NCBI GenBank assembly: GCA_964304625.1
Contig: OZ199839.1
Span: 10,387,287 to 10,451,286, forward strand
Source of the DNA: Kudoa neothunni
Lineage: Eukaryota; Animalia; Cnidaria
Direction of reading: 5' to 3'
Length of the DNA stretch: 64,000 nucleotides
A program made the translations under genes and the position numbers. Shown in pieces: positions 42,421 through 55,700 of this stretch (positions are counted from its first letter, which is position 1; each line of letters starts with the position of its first letter). The notes beneath the pieces were generated by a model. The model was not told the origin of the DNA and did no database searches. It saw nothing but the letters and a program-made list of their open reading frames with translations.

Positions 42421-42489
42421 GAGGTGCGTGATGACTTCAAAACTTTCGTTCTCCTGATTAGAATGATGACGGATTCTGTCTGACACCTC
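42421..42489 (+). ncRNA. SNORD59: Box C/D snoRNA, SNORD59/snR54 homologue with a second guide
   Basis: 6-bp terminal stem GAGGTG/CACCTC; box C GTGATGA 42428-34, D' CTGA 42454-57, C' ATGATGA 42463-69, D CTGA 42480-83. The D' guide AACTTTCGTTCT is complementary to conserved 18S AGAACGAAAGUU. Confidence 0.88.
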
Positions 42490-43253
42490 TTTATTGTTTG
42501 ATAATAATTGTTGTTCTTCGTTCGTTCGTTATGAATAACAAATTTTTTTCTTTTTATTGGGATAATCATTGATCCTTGATTCCGCTTAAACGCCATTTCC
42601 ATTTGAATAATAATGACTTTTTACCTTATAATTTGAGAATAGTTTAACTTTATTTTATTACCTTTGCAGTGCCATACAATCAAAGGTCTAATTCATTACG
42701 TTTAAGGGATTTTTAATATTGCTCAAATTAGTGTTTGTTGTATGTCTATCGCAGAAACTTGTTTTGATCGTTGTTTATAATTAGACGTGTGGAGGAATTA
42801 CTCATACCAATAAAAATCTCAGAAAATATATAATATTGTTATATGCTAGTAATATGAATTCTCGTGGAATTTTAATTCGTTCGCTTAACCTCCCCTGTAA
42901 TAACTTCCGAAACAAAACGCGTATGCCTGACTGGATTATTCCCTTAACCCCAGACGAAATATGATTTAAGCTTATTCAGGTTCTCTAAATTTTATTATAT
43001 TGTAAACAATTCCATTGCAAATATACAGCGGATTGTTATTTTTATCATCAAATAGGATAAAAACCTAGAATGGATGAACATTGACGTAGCAAAATCCAGA
43101 CACATTCATCAGTGTGTAGATATTTCCTCGGTAATAATCAGTGATATAACAAAGTTTAGGATTAGTGTTATTATCAGGTGAATCGATATTCTACAAAACA
43201 AAAAAGCATATAATATTTCATTATGGTAATTTACTTACAGATAGATGTAATGA

Positions 43254-43320
43254 ATGGTCGCGGACGGAGTTCAAACCTGCGAGCCATAGTTTTAAAAGGT
43301 GGTGGCGCCATACCTTCGTG
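43254..43320 (-). pseudogene. Degenerate tRNA or tRNA-derived SINE head
   Basis: Minus strand ends ...ctcgcaGGTTTGAACTCCgtccgcgacca, a B-box-like T arm with an acceptor-like 3' end. The D arm and anticodon arm are not intact. Confidence 0.4.
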
Positions 43321-43879
43321 TTGTTGATCGCGCATTAATTGACTTTGGTTACAACTCTTATACCAGCAATTAAAGAGTTTTCCAAAACATTAAATTGTTG
43401 AAATGACTCATATTAAAACCCAAGAAAAAACGAAATATTTTTTAAAAAAATTTAGTTACTCCAATATGCGAAAGCAAAAGCGAAAACAAAAACAAATGGA
43501 ATATTTAATTGGATTAATTATCGTTAATCTATTGTTGATTATATTCCAAAATAAATATTACTTTTCAAGATTCGCGTTTTGGTTTGGATCAAAAATTTCG
43601 ATTTTGATGAGAGAAAATCATATTTATAATAAATATATGAGCTTTAGAAATAATATAATCAATATTAAATAAAACCTGAAAAACTATGTCTTATTTTATG
43701 CATAAAGCTTTAGCCGATAAATTATAAATTTTATTTTCAGATAGAAACTCATTAAATATAGGAACTTGAGCAATTTCAAGGTGAATAACCAAAAATACAT
43801 AAATGTAGAAACAAAATAGTCAATTGGGGGTCTTGAAATACCCCAGTCAATACCAGTACCGGCAGGGTCAATTGAAGAA

Positions 43880-44255
43880 TTCCACGCGGAGGAGTTACTG
43901 TTCCCTTTTCGGCATAGGTTTATTTTGTTAATAGTTTCTTTAAGTCCAAACGCATATCAAAGAAACAAAAATTTTGAGTTTCACACATATATAGTATTAA
44001 AGCACAAATTTATGGGCGGGAATAAATTCATGCCGCCATAATATTTCATTATTGGTACGAAATGAGTGGTTGAGTATAAACAGCACGATATTTTTTAAAC
44101 CATAAAATAGAACTTTTATTTCCTTTGTAAATTACGACTGATTGAATGTACCAAGATATGTTTTCAATTATAAACAAATCTGTTATTCGAACAAAGAAAA
44201 AAATCATATTTAATGCGTGTGCCGAAAAGGGAACAGTGACCTCACAATGGGTTAA
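43880..44255. mobile_element. MITE with piggyBac-like terminus
   Basis: Perfect 18-bp inverted repeat actgttcccttttcggca (about 43897) / tgccgaaaagggaacagt (about 44220). The right end finishes GGG-TTAA; the left end is decayed. Confidence 0.65.
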
Positions 44256-45993
44256 AAATAGAATGTAGCGCGCATAATATTCGTTAAAAAACCCCTGACT
44301 AGTTCTTTAAAAGAATTTTTTTAATTTAAAAATCAATAATTAAACTTTAAATTTATCCTCTTTCTCTCATTTATTGATCTCAACATTTTATCACAGCTTC
44401 TATTTTTTTACTATAAAACCAATATAAAGTATAAAAAATCGAATAAAATGTTTATGACAGCTATCAATAATCAATATCTAGTAAATAAATTTCTGTGAAG
44501 GAAACAAAAATTCTTTTTTGAACAATTTCGAATTTAGGAATAGTACTTACATGAGGATATTAATTGCCCTGTTATACAATTAAATATAATTTGAGTAAGC
44601 CGGCATTGTGTAAGCGGGCGATGCCATTACTCCGTAGATTGCGTCCACCTAACTCCGATTCTTGCTCTATCGCATAATGCTAAAATGCATCGTTCGTGGA
44701 ACTGTGCGCTGCATAGTTTCGTTCAAGTATTATTGCACTTTTTCATGCGATGAGAAATATTTATTAACATTTAAAATATTAATTGTGAAATATAATTTTA
44801 TTGAGAAATAATTAGGTTGAAAAAAACTCCTTATATATAATTATAGCAATACAGTAGCAGAAATGGTCCAGCCCCCACATCAAAATGTTTTAAATTTTTA
44901 ACACGCTCGTTAATTTAGAATATACTCAAACTAAATCAAATAGATATAGAATTATTAACTCTAGAGTGTAGATGTATTTATTTGGTAAAAACAGCCATAA
45001 TTATCCTGCTCCGTGTTAAAAATATTACAAGTTTACACTAATTAAATTGAAACATATAGATTATTTATTAACAATGAGAATTTTTAATAAGATATTTATA
45101 CTTGCAGATGTTTCTGCCTGTAATAAATTTTACTGGGTTATTTTTGTTTTTTACTAAATCTTTATATGATCATAGAGTAGCTCTTAATACCTCCTCTAGA
45201 AACAAATTTTCAAAAACCATATTTTTTACATATTTCATATTTATAAATTTGTATAAATCCCAGGTATGTTTTATTAGCCTATGAAGTTCTGCCTGGTCAG
45301 GCCGGCTTCATGAACGCTGCTAGCTGTTAGCATCGTAACGAGCAATCTGTAACCTCACATCTTATATTTCTAAAATAGTTTAACCCATTAAACATCCTTG
45401 TCTTGGGGTGATAAACGTTACAAATCATATTTGCTTCATGTTAAATTATGTTGACATTGTGGGATCCACAATAATTGAGTAGTTTATAAGTCCCCCCGGA
45501 TTCAAATGTGTAATCAGATCTTTCTCATTGGATCAAAACAAAAATTACAGGTTTATCGTACTAATAATGAGTGTATATTCCAAATACAGCTTCCATTATA
45601 GAATGAGGACGTGCAATGCAAAAGCCTCGCGTTGAACTCGCGATTATATAATTTACAGTCCAGTGGACTCACGCCTGCCCCATCGGCGCATCTTTGCGGA
45701 GTTGCAAGTTTAAATCAAAATTTTCCTACTCTACATCTTTATTATTTACAACTTTTAATATTGTAAGCTATTAAATATAAAGAAAAAGTTAGAACAAATT
45801 TTTCGCCACTTCATTTGAAAATATAAGGGAATATTAAACAGTTTAGGAAGTTTTCTCTATTCGAAATATTGTTTTTTAACTCAATATTTGATATACACCT
45901 TTATAAAAGCTCGAAAGAATTCAAAAAAGATAGAAGGAGAAAAATCATCCAAAAAATAAGATATTAAGTTAGAATTGCGAACTTTGCAAGGTA

Positions 45994-47474
45994 TTAAGGA
46001 ACAATGGCCTTGGCAAATGAAATGGTTAGATTTTGAAAATCGAAAATAGTGTAGTATTTTTGAATGAAGGGAATTCCAAATATCCATTTGTACTCATAAT
46101 TAAGAAAAACATTACTTGCATAAGCAAATGCACTGAAACATTTATCGTTTTTCTAATATCCATTTAATTTATAAAGCAAAGATCACATCCGTACTTCCAC
46201 AACATATTCTTTTCTCTTTAGATGAAAGTCGTTACCTTGGATGCTGATGTTAATAATGGGAAGATGATTCGTCTTGTCACAGTCAAAGGTATACGAACCG
46301 CCGGACCAATATTTTGCTCCTAATTCGAGGTTGATTAGATTGACTTCTGATGATGGGCCTTTAATCATCGATGAACTAGAGTCAATAACGATGTCACACC
46401 CATATCTACAGAGTTGCACCTTCCCCACGCTAATACTAAATAAGTGTTATTTCAGCATCCTGAACTAACAGTTATTTGTATTCCTACTCGTCAACTTTAA
46501 CAGACCAATACATTTTGTTCACAATTGGAAATGTTAGTAGATTTCCATCGAAATAGCGACTATCTACACCACCAAATATAATCTCACCTTCGATATTATC
46601 ACTAATAACTTTTCCTCCCCTAGAAACGGTCATTAATGGAACTATTATCCGATTAAAAACTTCCTCAGATAGACAGAAAAAAAGTTTTTGGGATTTCTGG
46701 ACGTTCAGAAAACAGTTTGCTGTAAAATATATCTGCTTCCGGATTAATGAATTGTTGTAAACCCAAACCCACAATTCCTTGATATTTTCTCACTACATAA
46801 CGCCCACGGAAATTCGAGGATTTCACCAAACGCAAAGTTCCGGACTGTTATTTTCTCCTACCTATATTAATAAGTATTGTCATAGATTATAAGTTGTAGT
46901 TGTACTATATTAATCATAATATAGCCATGAAAATAAACATGTAAATGTATTTTCATGGGTAATCACCTGGAAATTATCGGTTGACACGACACCGAAGACA
47001 TCTGCCTGAGGATGATAAGAAACATATGGATACGGTGTTTGTTTGAAGGTGGAAGAGTTTTTTGGGTCAAAATCAGTAGCACATCCTGCATACCGACCAA
47101 GGCGCCGATTATTAGTTAACACCCATGTGTAGGGATAACTAGTGTCAAACAGGAATTTTAATGTTTGTGAAGGTGTGCCTAATCCTAGTTCACCGTAATA
47201 TCCAATCTGAATTGGATAAATTTGAAAATATTATTTGTAGTTTTAATTCTCACATACCCCCATCGTAATTGTGTAATCTTACAGTTACATTTGGTACCAA
47301 TAGAATGTGCTACCTTCATTTTTGGTCGATAGTCATCATATCGAGGTATTGTTTTTAACGGTATTCTATATTTGTGGTGATATGAACTAGCTATCAAGTT
47401 AAAGTAGTTTTACCTAAAAATTTTCACCCAGCTTTGGCTGATATAAAACTTGCGACAATGAACAAGGATAGCAT
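45994..47474 (-). CDS. Pepsin/cathepsin D-family (A1) aspartic protease-like protein with non-canonical catalytic motifs; four +1 homopolymer frameshifts in one exon
   Basis: Signal MLSLFIVASFISAKAG, propeptide YRIPLK, then YYGELGLGTPSQTLKFLFDTSYPYTWV, FDPKNSSTF, YQGIVGLG, GEIIFGGVDSRYFDGNL, YWSVKVD, GCDIVIDSSSSMIKGP, YTFDC...LP and WIFGIPFIQKYYTIFD...ISFAKA. Confidence 0.9.
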
Positions 47475-50400
47475 TTTGAATAGTATAAGTGAAAATTGAT
47501 CTTATTAGTTTGCATTTAAATTTTAAATATTGTTTATTATTAAAAGCATTTGTTTGTTTTTATCACTCGAGAAATTATAACGTTAAATGTTTGAATAGCC
47601 TTGTACATATGTATATTCATTCAATGATTAGACACGATTAGAGTATTATAGTTCAATTTATAATTTAAATATGTATTTTACCTCGTTTTCAATAAAATAA
47701 TTATTCATAATAAACAATTTTGTTTTTATCATCTCATTTAAATTATAAATGGCCTTGTCAGTAATATTTCAAAATTTATTAGGGCGTAGGAATTTTAATA
47801 ATCGATTCATAGCTGGTATTGACTCATGTTTATTTTATAATACATCCGAGATGACATAAAAATTGAAAATATGATTAAATTAAACATATTTTATTAGAAC
47901 TCAATTATTTAACTACAAAATTGACGCGTTATATAGATACGCATAATGAATGCCGAGAATTGCAAGCTTAATACATAGAGATGGATCTTTTCGGTAATTT
48001 TTTGATATAATTAAGTAAGAGTAATCTCATCATATTTGTACGTTAATTCTTTCTCCAATTTTAATCTAAAATATTTATATTTTAATTTTTTGCTTTATAA
48101 TGGAGAGAAAAACGAATACGATTGACAATTTAAAACAAAATATATAGATTAAAATAATATGGGAAACAGTTTAATTTCCAGATTCTATAAGCCCAAGTTT
48201 TCTCGTCAGCATATTTTAATTTTGGATAAATTCTGATCAAAAATCCCCGATTTTACAGCCACATCTTGAAAATGTGATACAGTAACCAAATATTTTCTAG
48301 GTATAGCGAGAGAGGTGAGCTAAAAATTGATTTAGTCTTCCTTTACATTTTCCTGGTGTAACTAGTAGATATCATAACGGTTTCCGCACAATATTTCCAT
48401 GATACTAGATGGTCCCTGCCTGACGGCAGAGCTTTGATTAGTAAATATCTATCAACTTCATATATCAACGAAATTTGGGTGCAATATCAATTTTAAAAAT
48501 GAAATATTGTTCATAATAATAGATGGAAAGTATTAATTTAAAAAATATTCCATTATTTGAACTATTGTATATGAGCTAAAGTCCAATGAAAGATGTTGAA
48601 AGGTATGATTGATTAGAGATTTCTCAAGGAATGTAATCCTGAAATTATTACCAATGTAGTTTCGGAAGCGCCCAAAAAAATAAATTATGAAGCAGAATCA
48701 TACGGCCATCACATTGGACTCTATTCGGTATATGAAGAAGTATTTAAAAAAATACTCAATAAACATATCGTTAAAAAACTCATGTATTTCCTAATTAATT
48801 CACTTTTCAGTACGAAAAGCGGTGAATGCAGAGTTTTTAAGCATCAAGAAATTCAATTTGAGGTTTCCTGTTTTGTTACCAAAAAATGGGCCTATTAGAC
48901 TTATTAATAAGAAGAATTGAGAGAAATAGCAAAAAAATGGGAAACCGGAGTCTCGAGAGTTATTGATAATCTACGGTATAGTGTACATAAATATATGTTA
49001 TCATGCGAATAAAGCTTCTTAACTATAATAGAATATCATTTAGACTTTTTTCGTGTATTAATCTAAATGATAGCGCTCAGAAAATTCTTTGCTTTCCTTA
49101 ATTAGATTCTGTGATTGATAATTATAGAGTTATGAAGGAAAAAAGTGCATTTACTGATTTAAAATATTTTCACTTTGTATAAGCGATGTGCTAGCTACTT
49201 TATTTTAAAAAGTTGTCGTTACGAGTTGATATCAAAATAATAAATATAATAAAGAAAGCTGATAACATTAATTTTGATTAAAAAGTGTTAGAGCATTATT
49301 AGCGGCGTAATAAATGCATTTTTGACTTTGCGTTGATGAACTCCTTTCGGAGATATGGTGATTATCCTCTAGAAGGGTCTTCAACAAACAATTTAATGAA
49401 GAACGACGTACATCGAATTTCTACTTAAATCAAAAAGGGCAGTCAAAAAAATCCATCATCAGCTTTAAATATATTTATTTTTTATTAAAAATATGTTACA
49501 TAGTCTCCACATCTGAATAATTATATGTTAGTTGGGAAAGGGCGTCCCCATTTAATATGCTAAGAAAAAATCATAATCTACAATTGCATACATGTATTAT
49601 CGAGAAACACCGGAGATTGTAATCATCAAATGCTTTGGGTCTCATGATCAAAGTTTACATTAAAACTCAATGGGATATTGTACATTAAGAAACAAATTTC
49701 ACGCATTTTCGTGGGCAATTAGTTTAAGAAAAAATTGACATTTAATATTTATTATGTTGCGTTAAAAAAGGCCAGTTAACTATATATTAATTTTTAAAAA
49801 AATAATTAAAACTCGAGAAACGTGTTAACAATCACAAAAATATTGTTCAACCCATCTACGGAACACTTCCTTTGTTGCTATCGGTGGAATAAGGCAATTT
49901 CTTCTACATTGTGAATAAAATTTTCAGAGTATCTTTGAAAAAAATGTTCTGATTTGTTTGGTCTACTCCGAACTAATTTCGGTGTGGCATCAACAGATTA
50001 ATTAATTAAATTTGATTTTTAAATGTTGGACCTTTTTTTAAAACAGCAAAAACTCTCAAAGAATTGCACGTGAAGGTAAAACTTTTTCATTGGCTAATTG
50101 ATTCCTCTTAATGATTTTCGTGACGACGCTTAGTACAATCCTTTTGTTTCGTGTCCACTCAATCCACACATATACACCATCAACAGAATTAAATTGTCCT
50201 ACATGTAAATAATTTCTATTTTTTTATTCCAAAAATATTTTTTGTTTTTTTGTGGTCTGTAGGATGTCATTAAGAGTCGAGATATAAGATATTTTAAAAC
50301 GTGATATAATAGCAGTTTTTGGGTGTTTAAACTGGAGACTTTTATAATAATCAGTAATATTGACTTAACTAGATAATAAACAAGAAGCACCCGAAAAAAA

Positions 50401-50689
50401 GTGCATGAAATTGGCAAATCACCTGACTTTTGGTTACATTATTTCGCAATTTGTTAAAGTAATTTTTATATTAATTTTGATTGAAATATAAAAACCTATA
50501 TAAACAATGAAAAAATCAATATTATAACTAAATAGGTTTTTAAAAAGTGCGTAAAATTGGTTGCTTACTGTATTATTATCGTTCACCCCCCTTGAACGAT
50601 AATAGGCGAAGATAATGGTATCTATCTATTTAAGACATTTTATCTCTTAATGTACAAGAATCATGGGTAATTTTTCTTGTTTACAAGAT

Positions 50690-51145
50690 CATACCCATGG
50701 CGCAACTTGTTAGGTTGTGAAGTTCGGGCTGGTTAGGCCTTCTTAATTTACGTTGTAGGCACCACAAAGTCATATTAAGGCGACTTACATTTATACGGTA
50801 GTGTGGGATTTTAAACCCACTAAACAATCCTTGTTTCGGAGAAACCACTACCCCAACCATGCCCAGAATTAGTCTGGGAAAGTCTTCTGAATGCGGGCGT
50901 CGGCTTTACGTAAACCCCGTACTGGGTTTTATTTCGTTCCTGTACCTGTACCTCTGCGTTTTTGAGCGTCCGAGTTATACCCCTCACGGCTGCAAAACAA
51001 TGCCACAGTAAATCGTAGATCCTTGCGATTACTACAGCCTTCCTACTTAATTTCGGATTAGGAGTACAAGAACGTCCGGACTAGGCTTTGAACTCACTCA
51101 CAACCTCCAGGTATGCGATCTCGACCTAATACCATTATACCATAT
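50690..51145 (-). mobile_element. Probable tRNA-derived SINE
   Basis: Minus strand from about 51142 shows an A-box-like TGGTATAATGG and a B-box-like GAGTTCAAAGCC, followed by a ~400-nt GC-richer non-coding body. Boundaries are approximate. Confidence 0.45.
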
Positions 51146-52722
51146 TGTCCAGGCTTTTCTAGTACATGGGTAATGGTTTATGGGACAATGTAAGCATTTG
51201 ATAATAATTCAGCAGCAGTAGAAAATCCCATCAGCTAATATCTATTATATTCACATAATAGGTATAACAACCAGAAGGAGTAAAAGATTTTTAACTGTTT
51301 AAAAAAAATGACCCCAGTGGGTTCCTCGCGTAAGTTTTTTTTAAGTCGGGCCATCGAGGCTTAAGCATTCTAGAGATTCACTTGAAAAATTATTTATTCG
51401 AATTTCGTTATCTTTTGTAACATTTAACTATTGGGATTGAACTCAATTCTTCGACGAGCCGATCCCAATTGTACCAAATCTTTTCACCCTCACCCGATCT
51501 CTAGAGCCATTATGGAATTTGTATCGAATTTCTCCTTGTAATGGTAACAACTCTTGATATATTTAAAAATCTTAAATCCATTATATACAAAATGTATTTT
51601 TATGGATAATGATCATTATTTTTAATATCATAAATAAAATTTTTATACATGAAATCATCGATTGTTGTTGTGTGCATTAACAAATGTACATATAGAATTA
51701 TTTTTATATTTTCATATATTGTAAAAACTTGATATTTTTAAAAAAACTTTGATTAACCTTAAAGCTGATAAATCTCTTATTTTATTTAAAATGTTAATAT
51801 TAACAATATCCATTATACGAAAAATTAAAATTTAATAGTATAAATATGTAAGATTAGATAGTAATAATTACGTGTATTGAATATTACATTTTTGAACACG
51901 GTAATAATTACGCGAAGCGAATAAAATGATAAACAGTTTTAAAATTTAAAAATCGCTCATAAAACGTCTCAACAAATTATATCCGAAAATTCCGTTGTAA
52001 AAATTTTATCATTTGAAAAATCATGAACAATTAATAAGGTGAACTCTCAATTCTTCTTTAATTATTAAAATTTCATAATTTTTTTAGTAGTGTCAAAAAT
52101 GAATGTTTCTTCTTTAAATTACTAACAGTTGTTTAATAAGTGTTAAATATATGTTTCCTGTATATAAATTAGTGTCAAAAAAACAATTGCTATGGTTAGC
52201 AATACATTATACTCGTATATATTAATTATTTATCAAGATTTATAAAAATCGCCCACGCGAATATATATAAACACCCTAAGTCTACTGATCAATGTTTTTA
52301 CTTATTTATAATTGGTAATAAACGCTCCACGGAAATATAAATAGAATCATAACTCTATGATTTGTAATTCATTAGATTGGAACCAGTTTCCTGTCGCAAT
52401 TAATTAGATAATTATTTAGATACACTTTAATACTTCATCTATCAACAAATGTTTTAATAATACTATTTATATACTCTTAATTCTATATTATAAAAAAATA
52501 TTACTTATTAAATTCCAACAATATTTAAATAAGTGTAATTTACTGCGACTTAAAACTAGAATAAGTTAATGCTAAAAATACAGCGGTAAAAATTAGTTTG
52601 ATTTGATTATAATTAGAAAATCTTAACAAAAGCGCGAAAAATACACAATAATAATCAAAGTTAAGATTAGAAAAAAATTTAACGTACAAAAATTGATAAT
52701 AATGTTACAGTCATAGTTTCTA

Positions 52723-55700
52723 TTAGATGCAAGCACCATCAGAATGGGTGATCTCTCGAGGGGAAACATAGTGTTTCAAAATGAGCATACCAATGAAGTA
52801 CAGCCAAAGAGACTGAATTGGCAGGTTCAGATTTGTTGGAAGGATCCAGTAAAGGTCGATATTTGTATTTTTTTATCTAAAGGTAACGATAAAGTATATC
52901 GTAAGGTAGCAACGATACAAAAACAGCACCACATTTTTTTGGAATAATACTTCGTGTTAGGGACTCCAAAAAAAATTTCTCACTACTCATTTTAATATTG
53001 AAGTCGGTTCGATTTAGTAACACAATTTTGCACTATATAAACATAAACCCATAAATTCAAGTTTGCAAGCAAGCAAGCAAGCAAACACACACACAACACA
53101 ATACCTTAGGCTTTCCAACACTGTGATGTTCAAGTAAACCATCCTCTCTAACCATCCTCTCTAAGAATAACCCGATAAGTTTTGTAAGTGGAATCCTAAA
53201 TATCGGTAGAATCTAAACATAATAACAGGTTTACGATAGAGAAGAGCGTTGACGTCAAGCGGACTGTTTTCCTTCTAACTAGCCCACTATGAACTACGGG
53301 TGAAATACTGTATTTTAGGAGTTCATTTGATTTTGAACGTCGTAGAGAATTTAAAGTGTTTGAAGGAGTGTTTGAGGGTAGATGAATAAAAATCATAAGA
53401 AACTGAACCATCGACGCCTAGACTTTCATTTCTCGTAGAACTGTTGTTATTTTGTGGGGATATTAAATTGGAATTAGAGGTCTCGCCGAGTGGTTTAATT
53501 GTGTCAATGTTAGTTGGTTTTGTTAAATTGGAGTTATTTTTTCGCGTCACATTATTATGAGTGAAGCATGAATTACAATTGATGGAATCAGATGAAAAAA
53601 TTGGTCTCATGATTGGCATAAATTCAAATCTAATTAAAATATGTATGTATTAGAAAAATAGTTTATATATATGACGCAGTTGAAATCCGATATGACTAAT
53701 GGTACGACTGATAACACAAACGTAGACATTCAGTTTCTACACGCTACATTTTTTCAATGATTAAACTACTCAATAAACTAGTTTCATTTTTGTTAGAATA
53801 ATAAGGTTAACTCTTCTATGGTTTAGAATCACCCCACCGAATATTTCAAAATATTTCAGAATATGATGAAAAATAATTCGAGAACACTTTTCTCAAATTA
53901 AAATTTTTCAAATAAAACATAATTTAATGCATAAAGCAGAAATTTTTTCCGCATTAAAAAGACTTCCTGTTCAATCCCTTCAATGAGTTAATCGAAGGGT
54001 TCAATACTGATTTTTGACTGATTTTAAGGGATTTATCAATGCAAAAGATTCAACTGAAAAGCTCACTATAATTTTCTAATATTTTTTAATTCAAGTAAAT
54101 AATTAAGCCATTTTAATTTTAAACCAGAAAATTTCAACTATATGAATGCTTTTAGGATTTAATGAGTAAACTTTATTACGCAAAATTATAAATATATCAA
54201 AAATGCAATAATTATGACTATAAAAAGATTGGAATATTTATTGACATAGAGTTAAAATTGTCATAATCTTATGCAATAAAATAAACTTTATTTTTAAACA
54301 GATTAAACAGTTTCGGGGTTCTAAGGCAGCGCTTCCCAATTCAAACCAGAATCGCAACTTCTTTTGATAAAAAAAACGAAATTAATTCCTTTTTAGGTGC
54401 CTTCTATACTTCTATATACGATAAGGTGCAACTAGCTCAAAACATCCGAAAATGATTAATATTATATGTAATACAGAATTAAGCAAAGAAGTTCTTTTCA
54501 TCATTCCAGTATAATTTAAGTATGTAAAAATTTGTCGAAAAAACACTATTTTTTTCTTTTGAATGTACTAATATTCAGACTCATTTCTAATTCATATAAA
54601 TACAGTAGGTAAACAATTTTTCGTGATTTGCTCGAGGTCTTTCAATAGAGTGCGAAAAATGGGATAATCATCTTTTCGTCAGAAAACCGGATAATAATGT
54701 TTTATTGACTTAGAATTTAATAAATATTACGATAAAAGGGATTTATAATGATTCTTTGAAAACGGGAACGTTTCTGAATCGTTTGTTGTAAGTTTTCCAA
54801 AAGTCTGACAAATCGGTTACCCTTGTGAATAAAAATTTAATCAATTAATTTTTTCAATAAAACACCTATCACAAAATATTTCTGCAAATTAAGATAAAAA
54901 AGAAAACTAATTAAACTAAATAAAATAATGATATATTACCGTAAATATTCGAGTATAAGTCGTATTATTTTTTCAAAAAGAAGCTTCAAAATCCGCGCAC
55001 GACTTACACAAGTGATAAAAGTTAAAAATAAGGATAGCTGGTACTAAAGTACAAAATTTTGTCTTAATAAGTTAATTATCTAACTTAACTGTAACGTTTG
55101 TGAGCATTAGATTAAACGGATGCCTGCGAGATTGCCAAAACAGATAACTTCAGGAAATTTTAAAAGAACTACATTATCTATTGTAGCTGGCTGGATGAGA
55201 GGTTCTTGGGAATCAGTCAATAAGTTCAAAAATTATTCAAAGATCGTTCAAAAAATGCGACATATCCAATTCAATGGATGGGGACGAAGATGATATATTT
55301 TGGGAGGTTGAAAAAAGAGAAATTAACGATAAAGAGGTTGATGAGATCTACGACGACTCCATAACTGCTGAGAAAGGAATATGATTACTTGAGTGGAGCG
55401 ACCCTTCTAATTTAACCGACGAAAGCCATTAACATTTGAAACTTATCTTTCGAAAAATACAAGCACTATATGCACTTAAAATAAATATTTTTTCATTTTA
55501 TTTATTTCATTAATTTAAGCTAAAAAATTGAATCTGTTAAAAATTTAAAAAAATTAAAACTTGTTATCAAGGTGCAACTGATACACGAACCAATAAAAAT
55601 CATGAAAACTTGTTCCAAAACTCCCTGCGACGTACACTTGAGTATATACACGGTAATTAAGTGTTTACATCTTAAATATTGAAAAATCGATAATTTACTT

